This document shows, one piece after another, positions 11,493 to 23,456 of a stretch of 64,000 nt of DNA. The position numbers and the translations under genes are program-made. The notes under the pieces were generated by a model. That model was not told the origin of the DNA and ran no database searches. It worked only from the letters and a program-made list of their open reading frames with translations. Origin of the DNA: Leidyana gryllorum EB-2025a (lineage: Eukaryota > Protista > Apicomplexa); the NCBI GenBank assembly GCA_048772705.1, contig JBLWGC010000043.1, positions 62,001-126,000 of the forward strand. Reading direction: 5' to 3'. The number at the start of each line of letters is the position of its first letter. The stretch's first letter is position 1.

Positions 11493-13189
11493 TCAACGGT
11501 TGTTCAAGATGAGCAAACAGAGTGGTTGAGCACTCGCAGAGACTCACTGGCCTCGACGGTGGACCTGAAGCCATTGCCAAGGCTGGCAGCCCCTACCCCT
11601 CCCCTAGCTCCCCCTACCCTAGCTCCCCCTACCCCTCCTCATGTACATCGGGGATACATGAAGTGTGCGATTTGCGGGAAAGGGCTCCAAGTTGAGATGG
11701 GCAACATCATCTAAAACAAAAGATGGTAAGACGGCAGCGTTGTAGCATAAGATACACGAAGTGATCACGTACGAGAACAAGACATGTAATAGGTGAGTCT
11801 CTTACCTTATGTACCTTCAATGCCTCATACAGTTGCCAATTTCAAGTCTCATTGAAATTTTTACGCAAATTTTCGCGATTCTACCAGTGTCGTCACCCTT
11901 ATCTCGTTACAATTTTTTTTGTAAATACAAAGTTGCCACCAGTTTTTTGTATCGCCTAAGGTTGACCAAGGCACAGAAAGCCCTTTGTGACGCACCCACT
12001 CAAGCTCAAGGTGAGGCTCCTCCCAGCGTACCAACGGCGCTCAACATGGAAGCCTCGAGCAACACTGAGCTCGAAGAAGAGACCTTCGCGGCCACCCCTC
12101 CCGAGTCGCCCCCCAACAGCCCTCTACCCAGCCCGCTGAGAGTTCGCCCCCTTCTCTGACACAGGTAAGTCCCCCTCCAAAGCCCTCGGAGCCCGAAGCC
12201 CCTCTGGAAGCGACAACCACAATGGTTGTGAGGGCTCCGACGCGGTCTTACCTCACCGAAGCCGCCTCGACAGCAAGCCCTCCGCTCTCCCAGCCGCTCG
12301 AGCTTGGACAGAGACCACCCACCGTCTCGACGGCTACGGCTACCACCGGCGCCTCCCAACTCCCCCCCCTTCTTCCCCCTGCGCCAGCTTCTCCCCCCTC
12401 ATCCCTACTCAAAGACGAACGGTTGGTTGAGGATATCATCCACAATCACACTGCTCCTCTTCGAACACCTCTCTCCCACCCACCGGGTCACCAAGCATAC
12501 ATGGAACCCATCCCCCTTCAAGGGAGCTCCGCTCGGGCTCGCTCTCAAGCCCTTGACGCACCCATTGCCACACATGGCGTGCCCATTTGGGGTGAACCCG
12601 CAGTTCAGCAGGCTAAGAGGCTCAAGGATCGACACAAGAGGAAGATTGAAGAGCTGAAGCAAGCGATGGAGGTGGAGATGTTCCACATACAGAACATCGA
12701 CCGCCCACCTCCAGTTCCAAACGGAACTGCGAACCCTCCAATGGCGTCATCAACAAGCCATGTACAACCCATATATGGGCATCGGCAACTCCCACAAGCT
12801 CGCCCCATACAGTGTGCTACCGTCAGGAGGTCCGAACCCTTTTTACCCCCCTACGTTGGCTACCGCTCCCCCTTCTTCCTCTCTCACTGCGGCTGTTAGC
12901 AATCCAGCACCGCAAGCAAGGGCAACACCCCGCGCTGGAATAAGGGTTACGACTCACGAACAGACAGACAGACAGACAGACAGCAAGTTTTTTCGAACCC
13001 AACAAACAATCAATAAAGTTTTTCTAGCAACCCAATAAATAGTAAACATGCCACCAATAACCCTCGCAAACCTCACACACTGCGCACACGGTAAGCTGTG
13101 GCTCTCCCCTACCCGATACACATCTCTGTAGAATGCTATCACACTTGTAGCACCCTTCTACAGGGTCTACGACATGATGAATGCCTCAC

Positions 13190-13770
13190 ACATCTATCAT
13201 ACTTGTTTGGCACATGTTTGCTACTTGTTTGCTACTTGTTTGTCACATGTTGCTACTTGTTTGCCACTTGTTTCACACTTGCTTGCTACTTGTTTCACAC
13301 ATGTTTGTCACTTGTTTTTCACTTGTTTGTCACTTGTTTGTTACATGTTTGCCACATGTTTGTTACTTGTTTGACGCATGTTTGCCACATGTTTGTTACT
13401 TGTTTGACGCATGTTTGCCACATGTTTGCGACATGTGTGGCACTTGTTTGACATTTGTTCACCACATGTTTGCGATGCTTGCGACATGTTTGGCACTTGT
13501 TTGCGACTTGTTTGCCACATGTTTGATACTTGTTTGTCACTTGTTTGCGACATACTTGACACTTGTTCGCACTTGTTTTCGACATACTTGACACTTGTTT
13601 GTCACATGTTTGCAACTTGTTTGCCACATGTTTGCTACTCACTTACTACTTGTTTGCCACATGTTTGCCACTCACTTGACACTTGTTTGCCACATGTCTG
13701 CCACTCACTTGACACTTGTTTGACACATGTTTCCCACTTGTTTGCGACTTACTTGACACGTGTTTGCGAC
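13190..13770. repeat. 11-bp minisatellite, consensus near ACACTTGTTTG / CCACATGTTTG
   Basis: Continuous degenerate tandem 11-mers. Confidence 0.95.
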
Positions 13771-14448
13771 TGCTCTGCGAGTAGTTCGTAAGCCATATAC
13801 TTCTTTGATTCTGCTCCACTAAGCTTTCAACTTTACTTTCAATTCTTCTCTCCTCCCCCGCATTAACGCATTCCATTGTCGTGACGTTGCTGCATCAGCC
13901 GTTCCAACGCAAGGTAACCCACCGGAATATCCGAACTTGATGTATTCTTTTCCATCTCAACAAGCTTCTCTGTAACAGTGGATGATTTGAGCGCAACAAT
14001 CAATACTTGACAAAAAAGCTGTCCTACAATCCACAGTGTTCTGTCTAATGTCGTGTTCATCCTATTCTTTACCCAATTTTGACTACTGTTCCTTCAAATG
14101 AATCAGCTACTCCAAGATGAAACTTTCGAAGAGTTACAACGCATTTGGAGAGTTCAATAATTGCTCATCCAACCACCAACACTTCAAGACCAAGCTCATG
14201 CGTGGAGCACAATCCGACAAGCAAGAAATACCTTACTTCAATCATGGGTCACTGCTGGCATCCTTGAATCAGTCGATTCTCCACTTCATTTCGGCTCTTT
14301 CAAGTTGTTCGCGTGTAGTTATTGCGGTTCACGATGTTCTATGGACGAGTTGACACCCATTCAATGGACCAACCTGCCCGATTCTATGAATTCGTCTCGA
14401 TCACCAAGATACTCGATCGAGAATTTGTACGAGAATTTTCGCAATTTT

Positions 14449-15373
14449 TCTATGGTGTAAAAATACACCCAAACCACTCGAGTTGTGCACGCCAGGCGAA
14501 CGCGCGGGGAGAATTCTCGAATGGGAAACGTTCCTCAACAAAATCATATTCGCATCGACAGATGACGAAGAGATACGCCGCGTTCAAACCCATACACATT
14601 ATGTCACCTGTGCACATGAATAACCAGCTGAATATGTGCGCAGACTTCAGATACGCTAGAGCTTACTATAGTATAGATTTAGGTGCATACGTGGTGTGAT
14701 GTATTTTGGATGATTTATTGGGGCGTTATTAAGATGGCTTAAAGTGGCTTAAGTAGTGGCTCAACCCATCGACGAGTGTGATAACATACTATGGAGTTAC
14801 GCAGTCAGACACAGTTGAAGAAATCCCAGCAGATGACGGAGCCCAATTCTCACACATGATCAACGTTGTCAGAAGAATCTCAAGCCCCTCAATACATGCA
14901 AATGGCGCTTTCCACGACTCCCTACACCCATAGGCAAACTCCTACTGCCAACACATACGGAAAGCAAAGATAGAAGAGCTGCGAGAGCAATCGTATACAG
15001 TTGGCAGAAGAGACTCCAATACAAAACAATGGAGTTGACCCACATAGAATTCCATCAACTTACATTCGATCAATGCCTCGCCCTCATCGGAATATCAAAT
15101 CATGAAACCTACTATCGCCTGATAGCACAATCACTTCCGTCCCCTATCTATCTTGCCCAAAGACGTGTTCTGGACGCCAACATCAACGACTTCAACCCCA
15201 TCATCTTCCCATACACCAACTCTAACATGGACATCTCTCCCGTAACAACTATCGCCCAAGCAATCCAATATATCACCAAGTACGTCTCTAAGTCCGAACC
15301 CACATTGCTCAAAGAAGATGCGTTCGATAACACTCGCACAATGACTCAAGCGCTATTAAAACACAAGACCTAA
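14449..15373 (+). pseudogene. Helitron RepHel, Rep (HUH-Y2) domain C-terminal part, interrupted by a solo LTR
   Basis: Removing 14602-14854 gives LWCKNTP...VQTHTHDQRCQK...TCKWRFP...NINDFNP...SNMDISPV...YITKYVSKSEP, the Helitron Rep motif order with two catalytic Tyr; the HUH motif itself was not found. Confidence 0.85.
14602..14854. mobile_element. Solo LTR, family L2 (253 bp)
   Basis: TGTCAC...CTCACA, flanks CATTA/CATGA (4 of 5 TSD match); inverted relative at 43911-44187. Confidence 0.85.
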
Positions 15374-16194
15374 ACCTATCACGTTGTGCAGGTCGGCGAA
15401 ACCCGCAAGGGTGAGCCCGACCATTACCGTAGGTTTTTTGGGGGTTCTTAGGGGGTACCAGAAACGACTTTTAGTGAAATAGGAATTTGATTAGGAGCTC
15501 TAGACTAGCTCTCTCGCTTACCTTAGGAATAGTAGTGGCCTGATTAGTTAGCAGCCAGATTTTAGGCGAAATCTCACCGCTAGAATAGGAGATAGGCGAC
15601 TCTCTCGAGCTCTCTGAGACACGAGAAGGCCTGATTTTTGCAAAAATGAGACTTCCCAAACTTCAATTGGCTCGTTCGCTACAGCAAACTAGCCTCCCAT
15701 CGAGATGTAAGGGTCGTCAGACTCCTTAATTTAGCTCTCGTGCGGCTCGCAAGCAACAGATAGCAGCCCAAACGAGCCACTTTTCCCAAGATTTGGTGTG
15801 CGAGACGTGGGACTTGGACTGTTATTTTTGTTCTCAGATCCAAAAAGCCCTCTTCTCGCTCGCGCTCGCTTTCTTCCCCCCCAGATGTTCCCAAGACGTG
15901 ACCTCGTGCCACTCAGACTGGTCTGGCACGTTCCCACACCAAGTAAGTTCCCACACCTCATCCCCACACATCCCAGAACGCCCCCAAGGAGCTTCGCCAC
16001 TTTGCGACCAGAGCCTCACCTCCCCATTGTGCAGTTTTTATCCCAGCCAACTGACCCCCATTCGCTACCTGCCCCAACCAGCATCCAGTGACGCCCCAGC
16101 TAACATCTCATTGAGTCATTCTCAGTCTCCCCTACCGCATTTCTCGTCTACTGAGGTTATTGGGTGTCTCTAAGCGAAATTTATCACATTTTTT

Positions 16195-16352
16195 GATGTC
16201 GTCACCCTTATCTCGTTACAAGTTTATCGGTGTTTTTTGATGTCGTCATCCTTATCTCGTTACAAATTCATCGGAATTTTTCATGTCGTCATCCTTAACC
16301 CGTTACTAATTCATCGGAATTTTTCATGTCGTCATCCTTAACCCCTTACCAA
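16195..16352. repeat. ~43-bp tandem repeat, about 4 copies (TGTCGTCATCCTTATCTCGTTACAAATTCATCGGAATTTTTCA)
   Basis: Visible tandem copies; a single copy at ~11888-11912. Confidence 0.85.
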
Positions 16353-16449
16353 ATTTTTCAAAAAAGCAGAGTTCGTCACCAGTGTGCAACTTGTACCAGA
16401 TGATACTTGTGTTACACATCTCTTTGTAGCACCTTCAATACCCCTTTGC

Positions 16450-17470
16450 AACATGTTCGAGACTTGTTTGCGACATGTTTGACACTTGTTTGCTACCTGT
16501 TTCCTACTTGTTTGCTACTTGCTTGCTACTTGTTTGACACTCGTTTGACACTTGTTTGCTACATGCTTTACACTTGCTTGCCACTTCTTTGCCACATCTT
16601 TCATACTTCTTTGACACTCAGTTGAGACTTGTTCGCCACATGTTAAACACTTTTCTGCCACATATTTCACACTTGTTTGACTCTCGTTTGACACGTGTTT
16701 GCCACTTCTTTGCCACATGTTTAACACTTGTTTGAAACTCCGTTGAGACTTGTTCACCACATGTTTAACACTTTTTTCCCACATGTTCCACACTTGTTTG
16801 ACACTCGTTTGAAACTTGTTTGCCACATGCTTTACACTTGCTTGCCAGTTCTTTGCCACATGTTTAACACTTGTTTGAAACTCCGTTGAGACTTGTTCGC
16901 CACATGTTTAACACTTTTTTGCCACATGTTCCACACTTGTTCGACACTCGTTTGACACTTGTTTGCTACTTGTTTGATACTTCTTTGAAACTTGTTTGCC
17001 ACATGCTTTACACTTGCTTGCCAGTTCTTTGCCACATGCTTTACACTTGTTTGAAACTCCGTTGAGACTTGTTCGCCACATGTTTAACACTTTTTTGCCA
17101 CATGTTCCACACTGGTTTGACACTGGTTTGACACTCGTTTGACACTTGTTTGCGACATCTTTGGCACTTGTTTTGCTACTTGTTTGCCACGTGTTACACA
17201 CATGCTTCTCACTTGTTTGACACATGTTTGCCACATGCTTGACACTTGCTTGATACATGTTTGACACTTGTTTGCGAGTTGTTTGACACTTGTTTGCCAC
17301 ATGTTTGCTACTCTTTTGACACTTGTTTGCGAGTTGTTTGCAACATGTTTGAGACTTGTTGCGAACTTGTTTGACCCTTGCTTCGCGACATGTTTGACAC
17401 TTGTTTGCAACATGTTCGAGCCTTGTTTGACACTGGTTTCCGAGTTGTTTGACACTTGTTTCACACTGCT
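16450..17470. repeat. 11-bp minisatellite, second block
   Basis: Same consensus as 13190-13770. Confidence 0.95.
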
Positions 17471-18577
17471 ACTTGATAGGTACTTAAATGACACTTCTTA
17501 CAAGTCATTTGAACTCATACATATCGTTCCGGAGCAATTGCACGCAAGATTGATGCCATTGGTTCGTTCTGCTTATCACATTCACGATACGTTGCTAACT
17601 ATTCCATCAATAAATAAGTCTCACAGAAACAATGGGTACGGGGAAGCGCCCGAGCGAAGCGACAAGGGCGCTCCCCACACCCCATCAATACTTCCTCACG
17701 CACACTATTACTCAATATACATATCAGCCTTAACATCCCGCTCGTACACTAACAATTCGAATACTCATAACTCTTAGCATATATACACTCTCTCAATGTT
17801 TTATAGCAAACAACTGACCACCACCCTCTTACCACACCTCGAACTACATCACAATTGTCAATATACTCCTATTAACCTACCTATCATTAGCCAAATTCAT
17901 GTCGTCCGAATCAACACCCAAATATCATGCATAACTTGACCCCATACACATATTCTTACAGATACCCATTCACTCCAATACATAACGTCCACGATACGCA
18001 TTGGACTCACGACATTCTTCTCAACACTCTCAATTCAACTCCGATGTATTTGATTCCCCTATATCTAGCATTACAAGCTTTCATACCTCTCCAAATACTC
18101 CCTCACTTAACGAGCGAATCGCTGACTCACTCTAGACCCTTCACACCTAACAGACAAACCATCTAAACCAATATCACTCACACATAACCTTCCAAGTTGC
18201 TCCATATTCACTTTAGCAAACTGAGCATACTACACATCACAGCACAGTTACCAAAATACACGCCATACACTCATACAATCATGCATCTCCAGCTCATATA
18301 GTCTCACCAATCAATACATAACAAGCACGATACCTGTCAACATACTAAGCAACACAGCTATATCGTCACAGTCTTTTATTAGCACAATACACACCACATC
18401 AGACCTTACTTGCGCACGCTACAGCAACCGGAACGTGTAGAGAATTGAAAGCTAAACAGTCGCAAACACGCAAACACAGTACAATGCAGCGATAAACAAC
18501 CACATAAACCACATAATCCAAAAGCAAACAGCAGTCACAACAGCCATCGAAGCCGACCGAAACGCCGAACCAAAGGT

Positions 18578-18874
18578 TACAGGCAAACTAGTCGCCTCAG
18601 TCTACAAGAAGCAACACTCACCTGCCAAGGCCGCTTTCCAGTAACGACCACATGGAACACAGTATATCTCAAGCCTTTCAACTTCATGGTCGCTATACAC
18701 CGCCCACAATCTGTTGATGAAGCAAGCAAGATTCGACTACCTACACCATACCCAACGATTTACGCCAATTGTCCTTCCATGCTGGAATCTCTAACCATAT
18801 TTGAATTCACGCGAGACTATGTCGTTTCGAAGAGGCAACCAAGGATCCATACCCATGACAGTTCCACCGGCTAA
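18578..18874 (+). pseudogene. RepHel linker fragment, frameshifted relative to the helicase ORF
   Basis: RLSLQEATLTCQGRFP..TVYL and YANCPSMLESLTIFEFTRDY resemble the Helitron post-Rep (SxQEA) and LExxxxxEF motifs. Confidence 0.65.
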
Positions 18875-20975
18875 GAAACTTCATCTCACACGTCGCCAAA
18901 CTCCCGTAGTTGTCGCAGGCCAATACCCACCCACATTACCCCCACCTGACGACGACAAATCACTCGCCTATTACTTCTTACCTTGGAGAGACGTCCATCA
19001 ACTCTTGTGCTTCAACGATTACACACCGGAAACTCAGCAAGAGATCCTTGAACGTGCTCATCAATCACGGCCATACGAACCACGGTGGCAACCAAATTCC
19101 ATTTGCTACGATACCGACGATGATAACGCCCCTGACGAAGATGATGAACCAGAACACGTCAAAGACGATTTCAACAATCCCGGATTCGACATTCCAACTT
19201 CGGACGACTCTGACAATGATGACGACGATGACCATGACGCAACAAATCAGCTTCAATCTACCCTTTCTTTCAACCCCAACTCAACCGTTACTACCTCCCA
19301 GTTTCGAGTACTCATAGAGTTCTACAAGTGGATCCACACAAGCAGGACTTCACAGCTGTTATGGCTCATTCATGGTAAAGGAGGCACTGGAAAATCGTTC
19401 CTCATCAACAAAATACGACATATCTGCCAAGTCATTGATACCAATGAGGGCAAGACAACCCTCGACAAGCCCATGTGCCAAGTCATCGCACCAACAGGAA
19501 CGGCTGCCTACTTAATCAACGGCCAAACCATTCATCACTTTGCTGGCTTGAAGCATGGAAGCGTACTCACTACACAATCACGCTCGTGGAATACACTCCA
19601 TAACAACGCGTCACACGTCGAATTGATCCTTATCGATGAAATATCCATGGTGGCGCCACGGCTTCTAAGCGACTTGAACTTAGGGTCAACTAACCTCGGT
19701 AACTCGAAACCAGATTCTCGCAAAAGCCTACCATATGGCGGAATCTCTATTATCGCCTTCGGTGTCTTCGATCAGCTCCAACCCGCCAGAGCAACTCCAC
19801 TTGATGAAGATCCATCCTTCACAAAGCTTTTTACAAGGTTCGATCTCATCGACAACGTACGACACGGACGAGATCCAGATCTCCTTAACTTCCTCGGAGC
19901 TCTTCAACACGGCGATAAATCCACCATCACCAAGTTCGTAGATGCTCACAAAGGGACTGATAAAGACCTCAACACCTTACCTTTCGTTCTATTCCGTCAC
20001 AATGAAGAAAGGATACGCTATAACAAGATGAGAGTACAACATATGCCTGGCACACCCATTCAAGTAACAACCTCATATACTATCAAGACAATACCCACTA
20101 GAACCAACTCGAAACGAACCATACACAAGCGGACGCAACTCATACTCAAACGCAACGCCAAGACCATGATAACCACTAACGTAAGCGTCAAGAAAGGCTA
20201 CACCAATGGAAGCATTGGCCATTTACATAAAGCCCTCAAACACGACTTGTGGATCAAACTCAATCGCAACAAACTATGTCGAGTTGCTCCGATGCTACAT
20301 AAGAATAAGCGATTCTACCCTATCGATCTTGCATGGGGCTTAACTGTCCACAAAGCGCAAGGTCGTACATTCGATCATCCTTATGGGATTGACCTGTCCA
20401 AGCAAGATTATCGCTTCCTCTACGTCGCTGCCAGCCGAGCAACCAAACTCGACCATATCAAGTTCTTCGGCAAATTACCAAATGAAAGCATCCTCGCTAA
20501 ATCTTGGCTTATCACATATTGGCCACAACGCCTTCCCCAAGTTGTCTTCCACTACGACGATATCAAGCACAACTCCTTTGCCCCCTTCTTTCTCAACATC
20601 TGCCCGATAATCACCATCATCCACGCTCAACATGCTAATTTCAACATGCTCACCTCAATTGCAGCTAATCATTACTCCATCACTGCCAAACGTTTCAGCT
20701 CCACAATACTCTCAAACCACCATTCGCTCCGCGTCGAAGGGAGAGGTTGTAGGAGAACACTGTTCATCGATGTGCAAACTCTACCCACTCTCATTCTCAT
20801 CGATCAGCGCAACGCATCTGGTCGTTACAACATGTTAAACAACCATTCAATCGAGCAAGTTGCCCTTCATCTTACACCAAGATCAAATACACTCCGTATA
20901 GTTACATCACACAACTTCATTCACCTTAGCCATATTCCACCATCTCCCTTTTACATTTCCATGATTGCGCGTTGA
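18801..20975 (+). CDS. PIF1-family SF1B DNA helicase (Helitron RepHel helicase moiety)
   Basis: GKGGTGKS, APTGTAA, LIDEISMV, FDQLQP, NVRH, TVHKAQGRT, YVAASRAT; upstream FLPWRD motif. Confidence 0.92.
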   Translation: MNSRETMSFRRGNQGSIPMTVPPAKKLHLTRRQTPVVVAGQYPPTLPPPDDDKSLAYYFLPWRDVHQLLCFNDYTPETQQEILERAHQSRPYEPRWQPNSICYDTDDDNAPDEDDEPEHVKDDFNNPGFDIPTSDDSDNDDDDDHDATNQLQSTLSFNPNSTVTTSQFRVLIEFYKWIHTSRTSQLLWLIHGKGGTGKSFLINKIRHICQVIDTNEGKTTLDKPMCQVIAPTGTAAYLINGQTIHHFAGLKHGSVLTTQSRSWNTLHNNASHVELILIDEISMVAPRLLSDLNLGSTNLGNSKPDSRKSLPYGGISIIAFGVFDQLQPARATPLDEDPSFTKLFTRFDLIDNVRHGRDPDLLNFLGALQHGDKSTITKFVDAHKGTDKDLNTLPFVLFRHNEERIRYNKMRVQHMPGTPIQVTTSYTIKTIPTRTNSKRTIHKRTQLILKRNAKTMITTNVSVKKGYTNGSIGHLHKALKHDLWIKLNRNKLCRVAPMLHKNKRFYPIDLAWGLTVHKAQGRTFDHPYGIDLSKQDYRFLYVAASRATKLDHIKFFGKLPNESILAKSWLITYWPQRLPQVVFHYDDIKHNSFAPFFLNICPIITIIHAQHANFNMLTSIAANHYSITAKRFSSTILSNHHSLRVEGRGCRRTLFIDVQTLPTLILIDQRNASGRYNMLNNHSIEQVALHLTPRSNTLRIVTSHNFIHLSHIPPSPFYISMIAR

Positions 20976-21381
20976 CAACTACATCATGGCTCAATCATTA
21001 AATGCACAAAGATGGGTACGGGGAAGCGCCCGAGCGAAGCGACAAGGGCGCTCCCCACACCCCATCAATACTTCTTCACGCACACTCTTACTCAATTTAC
21101 ATATGAGCCTTAACATCCCGCTCGTACACTAGCAATTCGAATACTCATAACTCTTAGCATATATACACTCTTTCAATGTTTTATAGCAAACAACTGACCG
21201 CCCTGTTACCACACCTCGAACTACATCCCCTCCCATGGTTCTGTTGGTACTTCCGACTTCATAGGGCCGTGTGGTTGTTGAGGTTTCCGTCTTTGACATA
21301 GTACGCACTTTTCCAAGATTTGTCTTATCTTAGGTATCGTTAGTACGCACTTTTCCAAGATTTGTCTTATCTTAGGTATCG

Positions 21382-23286
21382 TTAGGCTCGATACGTATAT
21401 TTGTGCGACCATGTGGCGTATTCGGTTAGGTCCGAGGTGAGCGCCAACTGGGCTTTCGTGTATGGTGCGTACAACACGTTCCCATAGTTTTTCGGGAAGC
21501 CACAATCGACTCCTATAAGTCCGTCAACCATATGCACTCCTTTACTTTTGGTAAAGTTGTTGGATAATCCCTCGTCTTGTTGTTCATGGTACAATTCCGC
21601 TTCAGAGGGTACTTCCAACTTAGTGGGGAGTATGGCGTAAATCATGTGATCCTCCATGCACTCAGAGTCAGCAAATGTGCGAGTGAAGGCATCAACATTA
21701 GAGTGAGATTTACCCGATCGATGGCGTATTTCGAACGGAGTAAACTCTGCCAGCGCAAGTGTCCATCGTTGGAAAAGGCCGGTTCGTGCCTTAAACAACC
21801 ATTGTAGACTTTCATGGTCCGACCGAACGTAGAACTTGGAACCGAGGATGTACGTGCGGGACTTCTGTAACGCTTCCTTTATTGCCAATGCCTCTTTTTC
21901 CCTTATATGCCATCTCCACTCGGCAGGTGAGAACTCGCGGGACTCAAAGACAATGGGTCGGTCGCCTCTACCGTCACCAAAGTCTTGACTGAGTACTGCT
22001 GCCATGCCAATTTCACATGCATCACAGTCCACAATGAATTCTCGGAAAAAGTCAGGGTATGCTAGGACCACATCTCCACTGACCAAGGCTTTCTTAAGCG
22101 TATTGAGGGCGGTCTCGCACTCCGGGGTCCAATTAAACGCGCCCTTTTTCAGTAAGTCCGTAAGTGGGGCACTTATTTCAGCATGGCATTCAATAAACCT
22201 TCTGTAATACCCTGAAAGCCGAAGGAATGCTCTGACTTCCTTTGAGTCTTTCGGCCGAGGGAATTTGATGACTTTTTCTAACTTATTTGGGTCTGTACGC
22301 ACTCCATCCGCAGTTACTATATGTCCGAGAAATTCAATTTCGGACTTCAAGAACTCGCACTTCGCCGGTTTTAACAATAACCCAGCTCCGTGACAAGTCT
22401 CGAATACTTCCCTCAAGTGTCGTACATGATCCTCAAAGGTCTTTGAGTAAATAAGTATATCGTCTAAGTAGCAGACGACAAAGTCAAACAACATTGGACC
22501 CAAGACTTTTTGCATCATCCGCTGGTATGTAGCGGGGGCATTACATAGGCCAAAGGGCATGACCAACCACTCGAATTGTCCTTCAGCGCAGATAAAGGAT
22601 GTCTTGTGTATATCCTGTTCTGCCATCGGGATTTGCCAATAACCAGCGGCAGCATCCAGGGATGAGAAGTACTTTGCTCCTCTAAAGACCGAGAGTAAAT
22701 CGTCAATTCTAGGTAAGGGGTGGCGATCCTTCCTAGTGACGTCATTTAATTTACGATAGTCAATACAAAAGCGTATTGATCCATCTTTCTTTGGCACTAA
22801 TGTCACCGGGCTGGCCCACGCCGATGAACATGGCCGTATGGCTCCCTGTTTGAGCATACTCTCGACTTGTGTCTTTATGACTTCCCTTTCCGCTGGGCTG
22901 GTACGTCGTAGTGGTATTCGTACAGGTGCTGAGAGTCCTGTATCGATTTCGTGCTCCCAACCGACGGCCCGACCAAAGGGTCGTTCATCCGTAATAAAGT
23001 AATCCGGTTTGCAAAGAGCTTCAATTATAGCATTCTGCTTCGCCGGTAAGTTCGGTGGGAACCGGATGGTGACACTTAACCCAGGTTCAACTTGGTCAAC
23101 CATCAATACCTCGCATTTTCCTTGGAGTCGTACGAGCCCCCTTTTGACATCGGGTACTACATCGTACTTCTTCAGGAAGTCACAACCCAGAATCACATAG
23201 GCACCAGTATTTGCCAAGATGTGGAATTCTGCTTTTCCTTCAAGTCCGCCTATCTTGAAAGGAACTTCTACCAGCTGGGTCTGCAA
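21382..23286 (-). CDS. gypsy pol fragment (PR C-terminus, RT, RNase H)
   Basis: 634-aa ORF with WASPVTLVPKKDGSIRFCIDYRKLN, MPFGLCNAP, YLDD. Confidence 0.92.
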   Translation of the reverse strand: MQTQLVEVPFKIGGLEGKAEFHILANTGAYVILGCDFLKKYDVVPDVKRGLVRLQGKCEVLMVDQVEPGLSVTIRFPPNLPAKQNAIIEALCKPDYFITDERPFGRAVGWEHEIDTGLSAPVRIPLRRTSPAEREVIKTQVESMLKQGAIRPCSSAWASPVTLVPKKDGSIRFCIDYRKLNDVTRKDRHPLPRIDDLLSVFRGAKYFSSLDAAAGYWQIPMAEQDIHKTSFICAEGQFEWLVMPFGLCNAPATYQRMMQKVLGPMLFDFVVCYLDDILIYSKTFEDHVRHLREVFETCHGAGLLLKPAKCEFLKSEIEFLGHIVTADGVRTDPNKLEKVIKFPRPKDSKEVRAFLRLSGYYRRFIECHAEISAPLTDLLKKGAFNWTPECETALNTLKKALVSGDVVLAYPDFFREFIVDCDACEIGMAAVLSQDFGDGRGDRPIVFESREFSPAEWRWHIREKEALAIKEALQKSRTYILGSKFYVRSDHESLQWLFKARTGLFQRWTLALAEFTPFEIRHRSGKSHSNVDAFTRTFADSECMEDHMIYAILPTKLEVPSEAELYHEQQDEGLSNNFTKSKGVHMVDGLIGVDCGFPKNYGNVLYAPYTKAQLALTSDLTEYATWSHKYTYRA

Positions 23287-23456
23287 ACCATACCGGGGCC
23301 TGATCCAAGTCAGGATACAGCACCAGAGTCGACGCTACGGAAGGTTAAAGCTACAGAAGTCAGAAGTAGTCTTCCAGTAGTAGGACTTTTGCCGTCTTTG
23401 GCTATATGAGTGTTTCAACTTAACCTCATTCAAGGACGTTGAACCAACCCAACCCA
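23281..23456 (+). mobile_element. 176-bp non-LTR-type insertion (LINE 3' fragment or SINE)
   Basis: 11-bp direct repeat ACCAGCTGGGT at 23270-23280 and 23457-23467; (AACCC)n tail; removal restores VTQLVEVPFK. Confidence 0.8.

Larger units (their letters stand above)
15384..18578 (+). mobile_element. Non-coding, internally deleted Helitron-like derivative inserted in RepHel
   Basis: Left part repeats 10654-11492 plus the minisatellite; right part (17632-18578) repeats 21012-21229 plus rc 24521-25256. Confidence 0.65.

Noticed and set aside
11304-12899. Pro-rich ORFs (136, 116 and 225 aa) as a captured gene
   Set aside because: Low complexity and fragmented, with no recognisable domain beyond a lone CxxC; cannot be supported without a search
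12894-13048. Possible short solo LTR (TGTTAG..TAAACA with CAGA repeats)
   Set aside because: No TSD and no second copy in the window
16195-16352. CRISPR-like repeat spacing
   Set aside because: Tandem units have no unique spacers, there are no cas genes, and the context is eukaryotic
13098-17494. Cys/His/Thr-rich or KQVANK-repeat ORFs
   Set aside because: Open frames in the 11-bp minisatellite on both strands
21301-21384. 42-bp tandem duplication (LTIPKIRQILEKCV twice) in integrase
   Set aside because: Simple slippage in a dead element; a similar 24-bp duplication lies at ~35179-35226
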